64,000 bases of DNA from Glaucostegus cemiculus. Taxonomy: Eukaryota. Positions 40,882 through 51,871 of the stretch are shown here, piece after piece (positions within the stretch are counted from its first letter, which is position 1; every line of letters starts with the position of its first letter). The notes below the pieces were generated by a model that was given only the letters and a program-made list of their open reading frames with translations, did not search any database and was not told where the DNA came from. The position numbers and the translations under genes were made by a program. The stretch covers positions 10,540,001-10,604,000 of the forward strand of contig CDPCPM010000281.1 of NCBI GenBank assembly GCA_976551045.1, given 5' to 3'.

Positions 40882-42819
40882 CTGATAAAACAAATGTGCA
40901 CAATGCCAGTCAGTTATAATACTTTTAACCACGGAGGGTCCTTAATAGTCCAGTCTATGTTAATGACACAAGGATCCATGCACTGTAAAGCGAACCTGCA
41001 TAACTATGCAACATGCTTGTGAAATGCATGTGATTTTTCCCAATAGTTGGATTTAATATTGACTCTCTCCCAGCAAGGCTCAGGTCATACATCAACAGAT
41101 GATCTAGTTAACAAAAAAAAAGTGCTACAGTTACAATAGTTCACAAATCTTTGTAACTTTATTTTGAAGCTACTGCCTCAAAATCTCCTGGGCTCCACAA
41201 TCCAGATCCATATCCATCTGTAGGCCAAAAATCGTACTTATGGGCACATGTCTATTGCGGTAACACAGTACTATATTGGTGGATACAGGTTTTTCACAGT
41301 ACAATACTGGTGTATCTATGCATTCATCGTCCCTCCCTCAAGCAGAAGGGAAGCAAGAGCTTAAAAGTCACTGAAGCTACTGCTTGATTGCATTCTTTTG
41401 CCCCCTCTTGCATGTTGCAGCAGGGAAGATTTAGAAGCTTGGGATGGAAACATTGTCACTTGTTTTCTCTAACTTGTAAATGCAGTACATGGTAACAGGT
41501 CTTAAAACAGTGAGTTAACAGTGATCATAGCCTGAAGGGAGAAGGAAGGAGAATGGAATAGGGGAGAAGGAAAGAACTCCAAGCTATCAGATCAAACTGA
41601 TTTCTCTTTATACATGTCATTAGCTCTTCGAATGAATGCTTTGTTCATTCAAATGCAATGTCTTTAACATGAAATTTTAATCACAGTTCCTTGATTTCAC
41701 TTTATTTATGGACTGTCACACTACTAAACTCTTGTCATTCTGCTTATTAGTTCTGTAGTCCTAATTTCCCTTTAAGGCTATACATCTTCCTTTCCCAGAC
41801 CATTCCCCAATCACCAGCCCATCTACTTTGCAGCCCTATCCACATCTCATTGTTTTGTATGCCATAAAGTACTTTGAAGAACACTCGGCAAACACAATCA
41901 CTGTACTACAGGATTAGAAAAAAATCACATTGTCACTTTGACTAACTTAGCTTCAAAAGAAAATTCCAATTCACAAATTCAAGCTGGGCAAAGATCAATC
42001 TTGATGCACTGACTTGACCTGAAACATCAACCATCTCTTTGCCTCTACAGATGCTGTTTGACCCACTGAGTTCCTCCAGCAGTTTGGTTTTTTTTGCTCC
42101 AGATTCCAGCATTTGCAGTGTCTTGTGTTCTCACAAATTTATCTCTCCATTATAGAAATGGTTTTCTAAAGAACTATAACTGTCCTTTTTTTACAAAGAG
42201 TGTAACTGTACAACCACTGCACTACTCAATAAGATTTAAAGGTAAGAATCATCACACATATATAATGCAACACAATAGTGTGCAATATAAATTTTCTCCA
42301 GTTTTTGTGAAATTGTTTTTGGAGATGGATATTTTGGGCTGCTTAGCTTTCCCTAAGACTCTCCCCCAACACCATTAAACACATCTAGACCTCATTCTCT
42401 TGAATTCTAGCCATTTACTATCACTGTAGTTTTTAATGTTATTCATCATTTTAAAAACATTAATATTTGCCCAAATTTTCTCCTTCATTGTCTTTAAAAG
42501 TGAACAGATGCTACAACTACTTAAGTCTGAAGCTAAGTTGGGGGATAAGCTAAATAAAATTTTCAATTTTGAAAACAGTTTCAAAGAAAATTTCTTATTA
42601 ATCCAATTACAAACTTAATGCTAAATGGCTTGATGCTCAAATGGCTAAAATTCTCCAATGAACAACTTCACATTTTTAAACAAGTTAACCTCTGAATACA
42701 GAGGAAATAAAGGCAATCAATTAAAACGTGCTGTATCTGTATGATTTAATTTTTTATTCCTAAAATGTCACTGGTTTTACTAATTTCCAGTTTTGTCATG
42801 CCTGTAACAAGAATATAAG

Positions 42820-43595
42820 AGAGAGAAGCTGAAGTGTGTCAATACAGCCCCTTAAAGCTGCTCCATTATTTATCAAGCTGATCTTCCAACACAGCTCCAT
42901 TTTCCGCCACAGATCCCATATCCCTCGTCACTACAAAAGATAGGATAGAGAATTCCAAAGGTCCAGCACTCTGTAAATGAAGAAATCTTTTCTCATCTCA
43001 GTCCCAAACAGCTAACCCTTTATTCTGAAACTGTCCCTTCTTGTCCAAGACTCCTCAGTTAAGGAGAACACCCTTCCTGTACCTAGCCTGTAATACCCAT
43101 TTAAGCATTTTGTGACTTCTGATGAGATTTCCTCTCATCCTTCTAATCCATAAAGAATACAGCCCAGTCTCTTTAACGATCTTCAAACAGCAAACCTGGC
43201 ACCATATTATTCTAATGAATTTTATTGCACTCCCTCTATGGCAAGTACAAGGTGCTATACAAATGCAATAAGATTTCCTTATTCCTGTAATCAAACCTTC
43301 CTATAATAAAGGTTAACAAAGCACTTGCCTTGCTAATTGCTTGCTTCACCTAGCGACCTGTATATGAGCACACTTTGAGCAACAGCTCTACCCTGTCTCT
43401 CACCATTTAATACATACTCTGCTTTTCAATTATGTGTATCACAATGGATCAGTATGTATTTTTCCATTTTTTATTCCATCCGTTATGTTCTCACCCACTC
43501 TCTCAGCTTGTCCATATTCCCTTAAAGTCACTGTACATCCTCCTCAATACTCACAATCCCAGCTAATTTTGTATCATCAGGAAGCTTGGAAACTA
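42820..43595 (-). mobile_element. Decayed CR1-type LINE 3' fragment; similar minus-strand pieces at about 4945-5420 and 47575-48205, plus-strand piece at about 3225-3700
   Basis: GLYSLWIRRMRGNLI in ORF 43055..43294. Shared gaagaaatttctcctcatctcagtc-type motif. Confidence 0.7.
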
Positions 43596-44103
43596 TGACA
43601 TTTCACCCCCCCCCCCCCTCAGCTGTCTACAAAGAACAGCAAAAATTGCCTCATAGCTCTAAGAAAGCTGCCAATGTTGACTCAGAGTAAAGACTGATGG
43701 AGCATGAAACCATATAACTGAAAGGGCTTTGCAACATGAGCACAGCATTTACTGTTGGCAGGACGTAACCTTTAACCAAATCATGCTCAGCTTTCAGGAC
43801 CTTGTCATTGCGTGCAAATCAATTATTTAAAGATCCCACAAAATGATCTTCATTATGACATTAATGCAAGAACCGAATTCTCATCATACTCAGGGACGCA
43901 GCAAAGAACACGCCATCATCAGTGTAATGGGAAAACAGACTTCCTAGTAAATTAGACACATTAGCGAGGTTTGTCTGCAACACAATTTTGCATTTAGCCC
44001 GCAACATTAGTTTAGGGTTAATTCAGTTAACTTACACAACTTCTAACCAAGTAAAACTAAAGAAATCAACTAAATTAGTAATGCATTGTCATCTGTCTCT
44101 TAC

Positions 44104-44222
44104 CTCCAGCAAAAGATACATTTATTGGCACAGGCTAGACTGGGGGTTGTCTCCATACAACGATGGCTCTCAATTCCATAGAATGTGTGTTTGTAGCAAC
44201 CACCTCGACCACGAAGCATGGA
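44104..44222 (-). CDS. TYW1: TYW1 exon, 119 nt: SMLRGRGGCYKHTFYGIESHRCMETTPSLACANKCIFCW(R)
   Basis: tttacacag|TCCATG...TGGAG|gtaaga. Contains the radical-SAM CxxxCxxC motif (CANKCIFC), the GCYK catalytic Lys and the other two Cys of Cx12Cx12C. Confidence 0.98.
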
Positions 44223-46765
44223 CTGTGTAAATAAAGAAATCAAAGCAACAAATATTAGAAGTTAAGTCCCTTACTACATGTGTGCATTTAAAAAATAAAC
44301 ATGAGTAAAGCAAATATGGGCCAAACTGACTCAGTCTTGCCAGTCGTTCCACTGCCATTCACCTGTTTAAATGGTCTAGGTAGGTCATGTCTAGTGTAGG
44401 ATCTGAGACCCCACTGATTTCAATGGGGATTTTATATATATGAATTAAGAGGCAAAGGTAAGTCATTATTTTACATTTGTTTATGTGGTTTATGTTTTCT
44501 TATTTTTTTTAAATGAAAAAATATATTTTTGTTTTAAATCAGTATTTAGATCTTTCAGAAATATTTAAAGTCACTTGTAGGTCTCACTTCTGGCAAATCC
44601 CCAGCGCCTGCTTTGGTATTCTAGGGAGCAGGGCCTTTACAATTGCCACCTGAGGCTCAGCGTCCGCCCAGAGCATGTTGCTCGACATCTAGGTTGCAGA
44701 AGGCCAGTGAGAAAACCCCTACATGTCCTGATAAAGTATGTGCAGACAAGGGCAGACCAATGGCAACGATTTTAGAAGCAGAGTGGTCCAGCACAATCAG
44801 GCCCAAAATACATGAAGGAGGTAGAAATATATAATGTTATTGTATGGTGCAGGAACTGGTGGGTGAATCTTCAAATGCAGGCACTGATTCGACAAATGAA
44901 GTATGAGAAGGGTAGAGCTGGAACCTTGCATGGGGAATGATGTCATTAGATATGGTAAACAAATTATTGTCTTCAATGGAAGACTGAAAGGAAGTTAGGT
45001 TACATTACTCTGAGGTGCAGTTTTTGCTGGAAACTCTCAACGAAGATTTATTAGTGCTGCTTAAATCACAGCAGCAGAATTTAAACAGGATCTCCTTGAG
45101 CAATTCTAGTCTACTGCTGTGACCTGACTCAGGCACATTCTGTTCAACTTAATGACGAGCACCACCCACTCCCTTCCACTCCTAGCTGTACCGATCCCCA
45201 CCACTACCCAAAATCTCAACACTTGGGCAAATGCCCCCACCAAAACTTAATTCCCCGATCTGAAGCTTCAATCCTCCTACATGCCTCTCTCTAGGTCCCA
45301 ATCCACATCTCCATCACCTGCTCAGGCTAATCTGAACCCTGACAGTCAGTTTCCTCCCCCTTTCAATTCTTCGAATCATACCCATTTGGAAACTTAGCTG
45401 CTATTTTTCTTCGCATGACCTGCCAGGTGCAGCATGGAAAAGAAAGTGTCCAATGACTTAGACCCGAAGTGCTAATGGGTTTAGCCAGGGAAGTTGTGGC
45501 AATGGACTTGGTGTGAAGATCATGATGTCAGCCTTTCCATTATTTAATTGGAGATGTCTACTCATCCATTACTGGTCACTTAAGATATATAGTGCTTAAC
45601 AGATAACAGGTGATTTAGAATATCATGGATCAGACATATCAAGCATATTGAAAGAAAAGACATTGTGCAATAGTGGGAGAGGGATTTGTCTACTGTCTGA
45701 GACTGAACCTGTTTGTTGCAATATTAGCAATCTACCTGACACTCAACTACACTTTTGTTTGTAAGCTTGCCATTACCAAGACTACTGACTTCTGACCTCT
45801 GTAATATAACCACTCTCATTCCCTGTCTCAGTCCACTGGATGCAGAAACCGTCTGCAGTTACATCATCTCCAAATTCAACAATTACTCACCTGTCATGTC
45901 TGAACTCTCTTCTCCTATGTCCGTAAAATTGAAATTAAACTCTGCTGTCATTTTCCTGGCTCGCAAAATTTCCTGCTCCTTTATCACTTCTATACATGCT
46001 CACCTCTATCGGTACTTGATTCAAACACAATATTTTAAAATTCTCATCAAGTTTCCCCACCATCTCTGACCATCTCCTCCAGCTCCAACAATTCCAGCTC
46101 CAAATTCTGTTTTGATCCTGTTCTGGCCTCATCTACACCTTCAGTTCCTTCTCCTGTCTGATGGTGCCCCTGCCTTCTGCAACTTAGGCCCAAAGCAGTG
46201 AAATTCTCTTCTAAACTTCTCCAGCTTCCTTGCCTCTCAGATGTTTATAAATGTCCTTATATGTGGTTCAGTGTCTCATAAACCTCCTGAGGTCTTGCAA
46301 TTTCTACTAAATCTTTCTGTCAATAAAATCAGAGTATGAATTCAGAAATATAACATTAAATTTTGCTCAATTATAGTGACTAAAATTCATGATACAATAA
46401 CTGATCAAAATATTTGTGGTTTTAAATGTTTTCTCCTTCATGGTTATTAAAATTTTGGATCCAACATTTAGGAATTGATACATGCAGATATTATTGATTC
46501 CAATTAATCATTCACCATGCCAAACGTTGTTGATTCTAAAATAAAGTACCTAGAATAAATGGAGGTGCATCTTGAGGTTTGATACAGCCCATAACCAGCA
46601 ATATCTTTCTCTGTGCCTGTGGCAAGTAGCTTATTATTGACTGCACTTTCTTAAATGTTTTCTCAACACATTTTTTAACAAAATAATGTATTTTTGTTGA
46701 GCAATTTTCATACAAGCTACAAGACAAAAGCAAACAAAATTTAGGGATATACTTTCATCAGCTAC

Positions 46766-46818
46766 CTTGGTCCATCTGCAGAGCTTCACACCTGAGTGAC
46801 TTCCTATCAGGCGGTATC
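46766..46818 (-). CDS. TYW1: TYW1 internal exon, 53 nt: (G)YRLIGSHSGVKLCRWTK
   Basis: Minus strand reads tttattttccag|GATACCGC...GGACCAAG|gtagct. The translation matches the conserved TYW1 segment containing the first auxiliary-cluster Cys. Phase 1 in, phase 0 out. Not in the ORF track. Confidence 0.96.
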
Positions 46819-48207
46819 CTGGAAAATAAAATTATTCACTCCATCACTTTTCAATAACTGGCTCCAATAAACTGGTCATGGGTCCAAACTACTGACATTT
46901 TTATCATTCTTTATTTCAAGAAATTATTTGTACGAGTTCCCCCTCCCACAAAGAATTCCCGTTGTATTAACATATGGAAGTGTATTAAAGTCAGTAAAAT
47001 AACTGGTGTCACTGTTAGCATGCTTTGTATTCTCTTACAATACATTTCTATACAAGCGATCAATACTGTTTAATACAAGCATTGGAAGTGAAGCATATAC
47101 TTCAGTTGCTGCACTCAATATTAACTTAAGACCATTAAAACAGTTCCAGTTGAGTAATTCACAAATCTTTGAAAAATGTACATTTTTGCATGGCCAAATA
47201 AGGTTACATTTAACACTTAAATACAGAGAGACAATTCTACTACATCTTGTCATGTTAATGATTGAACTGTTAGGTTTCCAAACAGACTCACAACAAAAGT
47301 TTTATATTTAATAGTTCCACCTAGGAAATAATTACTTTCAGTGACAATAATTGTCTGTTTCACAGTTTCAATCCCATATGCTTCTCAAATGAACCCATTT
47401 CTTCAATTAGCCACTTGATGCCATAGTACTGCAAGAACAGCTTTGTTGCATTTGGATATTACAGCTTGCCTCATTTTCAACTGCCTTTTAAACCCCTTGA
47501 GTGACTGTTTTTAAGAAAAAGGTCCCAGCAAAATCATCACATTTCCTAACACTAAGTCCTGGTACAAGAACTTAACATCAGGAAAAAGAGCAGGACCACA
47601 CATCCCTTCCAGCCCTCCTTGCCATTTAACAAAATAATGGATGATCTTCTTTTTCAATTCCACATTCCTCCAACTCCCATGATTTCCTTAGTCTGGTAAA
47701 ATATACTTACCTAAGTCCTGTGGTCTATCCACTGAGCATTCATTGCACTTAAGGTAAAGGATTCCAGATTCAAATTGTCTGAGTAAAGAAACTTCTCTTC
47801 ATCTCAGTCCTAAAAATTCCACTCTTTATTCTCAGACTAAATGTTCTTCATTTCAAGAAACGTTCCAGATTCCTCAACCAAGGACAACATTCTACTGGTA
47901 TATACCTTTTCTAGCCCCAAGATTCTTAGGTGTTTCACTAAGATCAGCTCTCATTTTTTATAAAATTCAATACAGAATACAGCTTGGAGTATTCTAAATT
48001 TACATCTCCACTCATTTGACAATTCTCCACCATCTCCAGTCCCAGCTGTCAGTTTCGTCACAGTGCCATTCTCAGAAGTATACTTTTTCTTGAATATGGA
48101 GAACAAAACTGTACAAATCACTCCAGCAAGACTTCAGTTACTTTCAGAATCTAATCATTCTGCAAAAAAGGCTACCATATAATTTGTTTTCTTAATTGCT
48201 CACTGTG

Positions 48208-48349
48208 CAAACTCATCATCGAGCTTCAAAGCCTGGGCCTCTGCAGTGCCCTCTGCAACTGGATACTCAACTTCCTCATCGGCAGACCTCAATCAGTGAC
48301 GATTGGTAACAACATCCCTTCCTCGCTGTTCAGCAACACAGATGCACCC
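48208..48349 (+). mobile_element. Isolated internal RT fragment of a Rex1-like LINE
   Basis: Translates KLIIELQSLGLCSALCNWILNFLIGRPQSVTIGNNIPSSLFSNTDAP, the segment just before the G.PQG RT motif. Confidence 0.75.
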
Positions 48350-50129
48350 TTTCTTTTATACCACTCCTAAATCAACCTATCATTGGATAGTGCCTTTGTT
48401 TCCCTTCTGAGAATTCCATCAAGATCACTCGCTTTATCAGATTGTAATCTAATTATTTCTTAAACTATTCCTGAGTTAATCCTGCACTACATTAACTCGG
48501 TCAAATTCTTCAACATCTCCAATGTACATCAGGTTGGTCAAATCACTTAAAATCTCCTGCTATATTATTAATTTTGACCACAGGAGCTACATAAACTCAA
48601 TTATTTTTGCTCCTTCACATCAAGTTTCATGCCAAACTATTTTGTCAGAAAGCTTGTATTGTACAAAGACACTTGGACAGGTACATGCATAGGAAAGGTT
48701 TAGAGGGATATGGGCCAAATTGGACTAGCTTAGATGGGCATCTTGGTCGGCAATGCCAAGTTGGACCATTACTTCAATTAAAGGGCTTTATTACAAAATC
48801 TATGAGAAACAGCATATTGAATTCAACTATTACCCAAGAGCCTGCTTATACAAATGAGTGGGGTCAACCTAAGCAACACTATGTGCACTAAAATTATGAA
48901 TAGTTACAGTTCTCTCAATTGAACACAGGAGTAATGTTGTCACATAATTCTGTTTAATGCATTCAAATATATAAAGGTAAAACGTGCTTAAGATAGCTTT
49001 AAGAGCATAACACTAGTGCCATATAATACTAAAACATGCTAATAAGTGGTTAGCAATGGCAGCTACCTCTTAAGAAGAACCTGCTTTTAAAGAATAGTTG
49101 AGCTAAACCTGAAACCAGCTTGGTTGCCAACAATCCCAAACCAAGACTGCATAAATCCATGCTGTGTCTTAATTACAGTCAGTGGAGGCATATACAGTAA
49201 CTGTCAATGTGAAAATTAAGAATCACTACAACTGGTTACAAGGCAATTTTTCAACATGAATAGTGCTCATTCAGAAAATCTGAGATAATTTCTAATATTT
49301 CTGGAGGGAAACACTAGCATTAATAATTCAACTGCAAGTGATTTTTCTTACAAATAAGACAGTAAAACTCCTGAACATACTAAATCTTAAAAGGTTAGAT
49401 GGAAATCCTAAAGGAGAAAAAACACAGCCTTACTATACTGAAATGGTTATGAAATGGTACTCAAAACTATGAAAATATCTCACTATATGAGCTGGAAGGG
49501 AAAATCAGATAGGCAATGCTTGTCCTGTATAATTTTCTCCACCATCAACTCCAACTTGACAAAAGAACACAATAAGAATTATCTTGATCAAGATCTAAAT
49601 ATTATAGCTGGCACTCACCTACCAATGCATCATCTGTGACCAACATAGCTGCTTCACAAAACCACTCTAAAAGAGATTAGTCTCTAGGTCACAATGCTCA
49701 TGTATTTTATTTAAGTTAATATCCAATGAATAAAATCAGCCAGTTACAAAAAAGCGATCCTTTCACAATCTTTGAATATATGAATATAAACAATATTAAC
49801 ACCATGTTTATAAATGATGTTAGGAAGCAGAGTGACAGAGGTACAGCTAGTAGAAACCACTGATAACAAACAAGCCCAGGCCTTCAACCTATTTCTTTTG
49901 TATCCACATTGATATCACAGTTCCCAGTCTTGTATTGACATTACAAGCATAATTTCCAATTGAAACCACCAATACATTACTGTGTCAACAAAGACCGCTA
50001 TTAATTAGAATGGCACCTGCACAACAATTATGCAGGCAAAAGCCACAAGGCATAGTGGTCCTTGAAACTAATATGATATGTTCACACAGATGACAGCCAC
50101 TTGACACAATAAGTTCTCTAAACTAACCA

Positions 50130-50822
50130 CCGAATTCTAGTGTAGTGCATTCGATGTTCACAGTGTAGTCTCTTCACTGGAGAAATGAAACGCAGATTGG
50201 GTAGTCGCTCTGCAGAACACCTGCAGGAGTAACTCTGTGTTTTTGGTCATCTGCCATTTTATTCACCATCTCACTCCTGCTCAGACCTGCCTATCTGTGG
50301 CCTCTTACACTGTTATAATGAGGCCCAATGCAAGCTTGAAGAACAATACCTCATCTTCCATCTGGGCATGATGTAGCCTTCCAGACTCAATATCAAATTC
50401 TCCAACTTCAGTTAGCTCACTTTTTGTTCTGTCTGTATCAGAACTGGCCGCTTCTGTCTGCCATCATGTTGGCTGATTTTCTGATTCTAATTGTGTTGAC
50501 TGGCCTGTTGGGGTGTAAATGGTGAGACTGGCACGTACCCAGTCTCACCATTTACACCACTATACATGGACAAAGAAACAGTATGCTTCCCCCATTAACC
50601 CATTTGCAATCAACCTATCAGAGGTAGGTTGCCAACAATCTTTCTCAGTGAAGGAAGCTGCGGAAACAATGCCGCCATCACTTTGTGGTTTTTATAAAAA
50701 CCCTTTGTTCTAAACATCCTTCTGTCCTGCTGATGAAGGGTCCTGGACCGGAAATGTAAACTGTTTCTCCTTCCACAGATGTTGTCTGGCCTGCTGAGTG
50801 TTTCCAGCTTTTTGTTTTTGTC
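50130..50822 (+). mobile_element. Penelope-like retroelement 3' part, decayed, containing a hairpin-rich internal patch
   Basis: Remnant of GIY-YIG VYCIRCSQC..GE.KRRLG.R.AEHL at 50138-50225 and KLEEQYLIFHLG at 50332-50367. Tail CTGATGAAGGGTCC...GAAA...CCTGCTGAGTGTTTCCAGC. Confidence 0.8.
50512..50558. repeat. Perfect 20-bp hairpin with 7-nt loop
   Basis: GGTGTAAATGGTGAGACTGG-cacgtac-CCAGTCTCACCATTTACACC. Confidence 0.95.
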
Positions 50823-51871
50823 ACAGAATTCATACAAACTCTGAGTGGTTATGTGAAAGTGCCTGNNNNNNNNNNNNNNNNNNNNNNNNNNNNNNNNNNN
50901 NNNNNNNNNNNNNNNNNNNNNNNNNNNNNNNNNNNNNNNNNNNNNNNNNNNNNNNNNNNNNNNNNNNNNNNNNNNNNNNNNNNNNNNNNNNNNNNNNNNN
51001 NNNNNNNNNNNNNNNNTTTGTTCGGCATTGGAACAGACAGCAAATGTGACTTGACCTTGAGGCATTCTGTGATACTTTGCCAGAGGTACACAGAACATTG
51101 TTGGCCATGTTGAGACAGATGAGACAAAGTGCTGAGGTAACAGCAATACACATTTACAACCTGAGGCACAACTGATGAAATGAGTTAAGACACAATGGAT
51201 AAAGGGAATGTTACTGGATGTGAAATGTACCAAGAACAGCCATTGATAGGAAACAGACAAAGTACGAAGGGACCAAGCAATAGCAGCACAAAAGGCATCT
51301 GATGCCATTGTAACATGGACATAAAGAGGGGCCTTCTGTTTCAAACTTATGCCTTGGATCAGGGGAGGTTCCTTATAGCTACCTAAGCAGTAGCGTTAGC
51401 AAATATGATTATGGTCATCCCTGATGACCTGTCACACCTTATTAGATCCAAAGTGCAGAAAAAAAATGTATTCCTCTCCCACCTAATCTGCCCTGCATGC
51501 ATACTTGTATTGAGATTTAACAAATGTTTGTTGCATGTATGTTCTAGTTTGAGTAGTTCTTCGTCTGCAACGAATAGCTCAGGAATGGTATATTTGCATT
51601 ACCAGTTGGCTATTTTTAAATCAAAGGAAAGATGAATGAAAATTTGCAACTGGTGAACCCAACAAAGCCTGATTTGAAATTAAATCATAAGTGTCTGTCA
51701 CCAAGACATATACAATTAAACCGAAGTAATTTGAATTTTGATACTGTGCTTTAAACATCATTAGGAGTTCTGACTCCATAATGACACACACAAGCAACAG
51801 AGCCGATTCCTTTGGCGTTACGAGTTAAAAGTGATGGCGGCAGTGTTTCCGCAGCTTCCTTCACTGAGAAA
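50641..51871. repeat. 44-nt inverted repeat pair (50641-50684 and 51828-51871), 1 mismatch
   Basis: TTTCTCAGTGAAGGAAGCTGCGGAAACAATGCCGCCATCACTTT versus AAAGTGATGGCGGCAGTGTTTCCGCAGCTTCCTTCACTGAGAAA. Confidence 0.93.
50866..51016. other. Assembly gap (151 N)
   Basis: Run of N. Confidence 1.

Noticed and set aside
47704-47740. Recursive-splice-like TAG|GTAAGT on the minus strand
   Set aside because: No polypyrimidine tract, and it lies within a CR1 remnant.
50610-51344. Longest ORF in the track (244 aa) and overlapping ORFs
   Set aside because: They read through the N gap and show no recognisable protein features.
51828-51871. Box C/D snoRNA (GTGATG...CTGA)
   Set aside because: Only about 37 nt from box C to box D, imperfect box C, and no terminal stem or C'/D' boxes.
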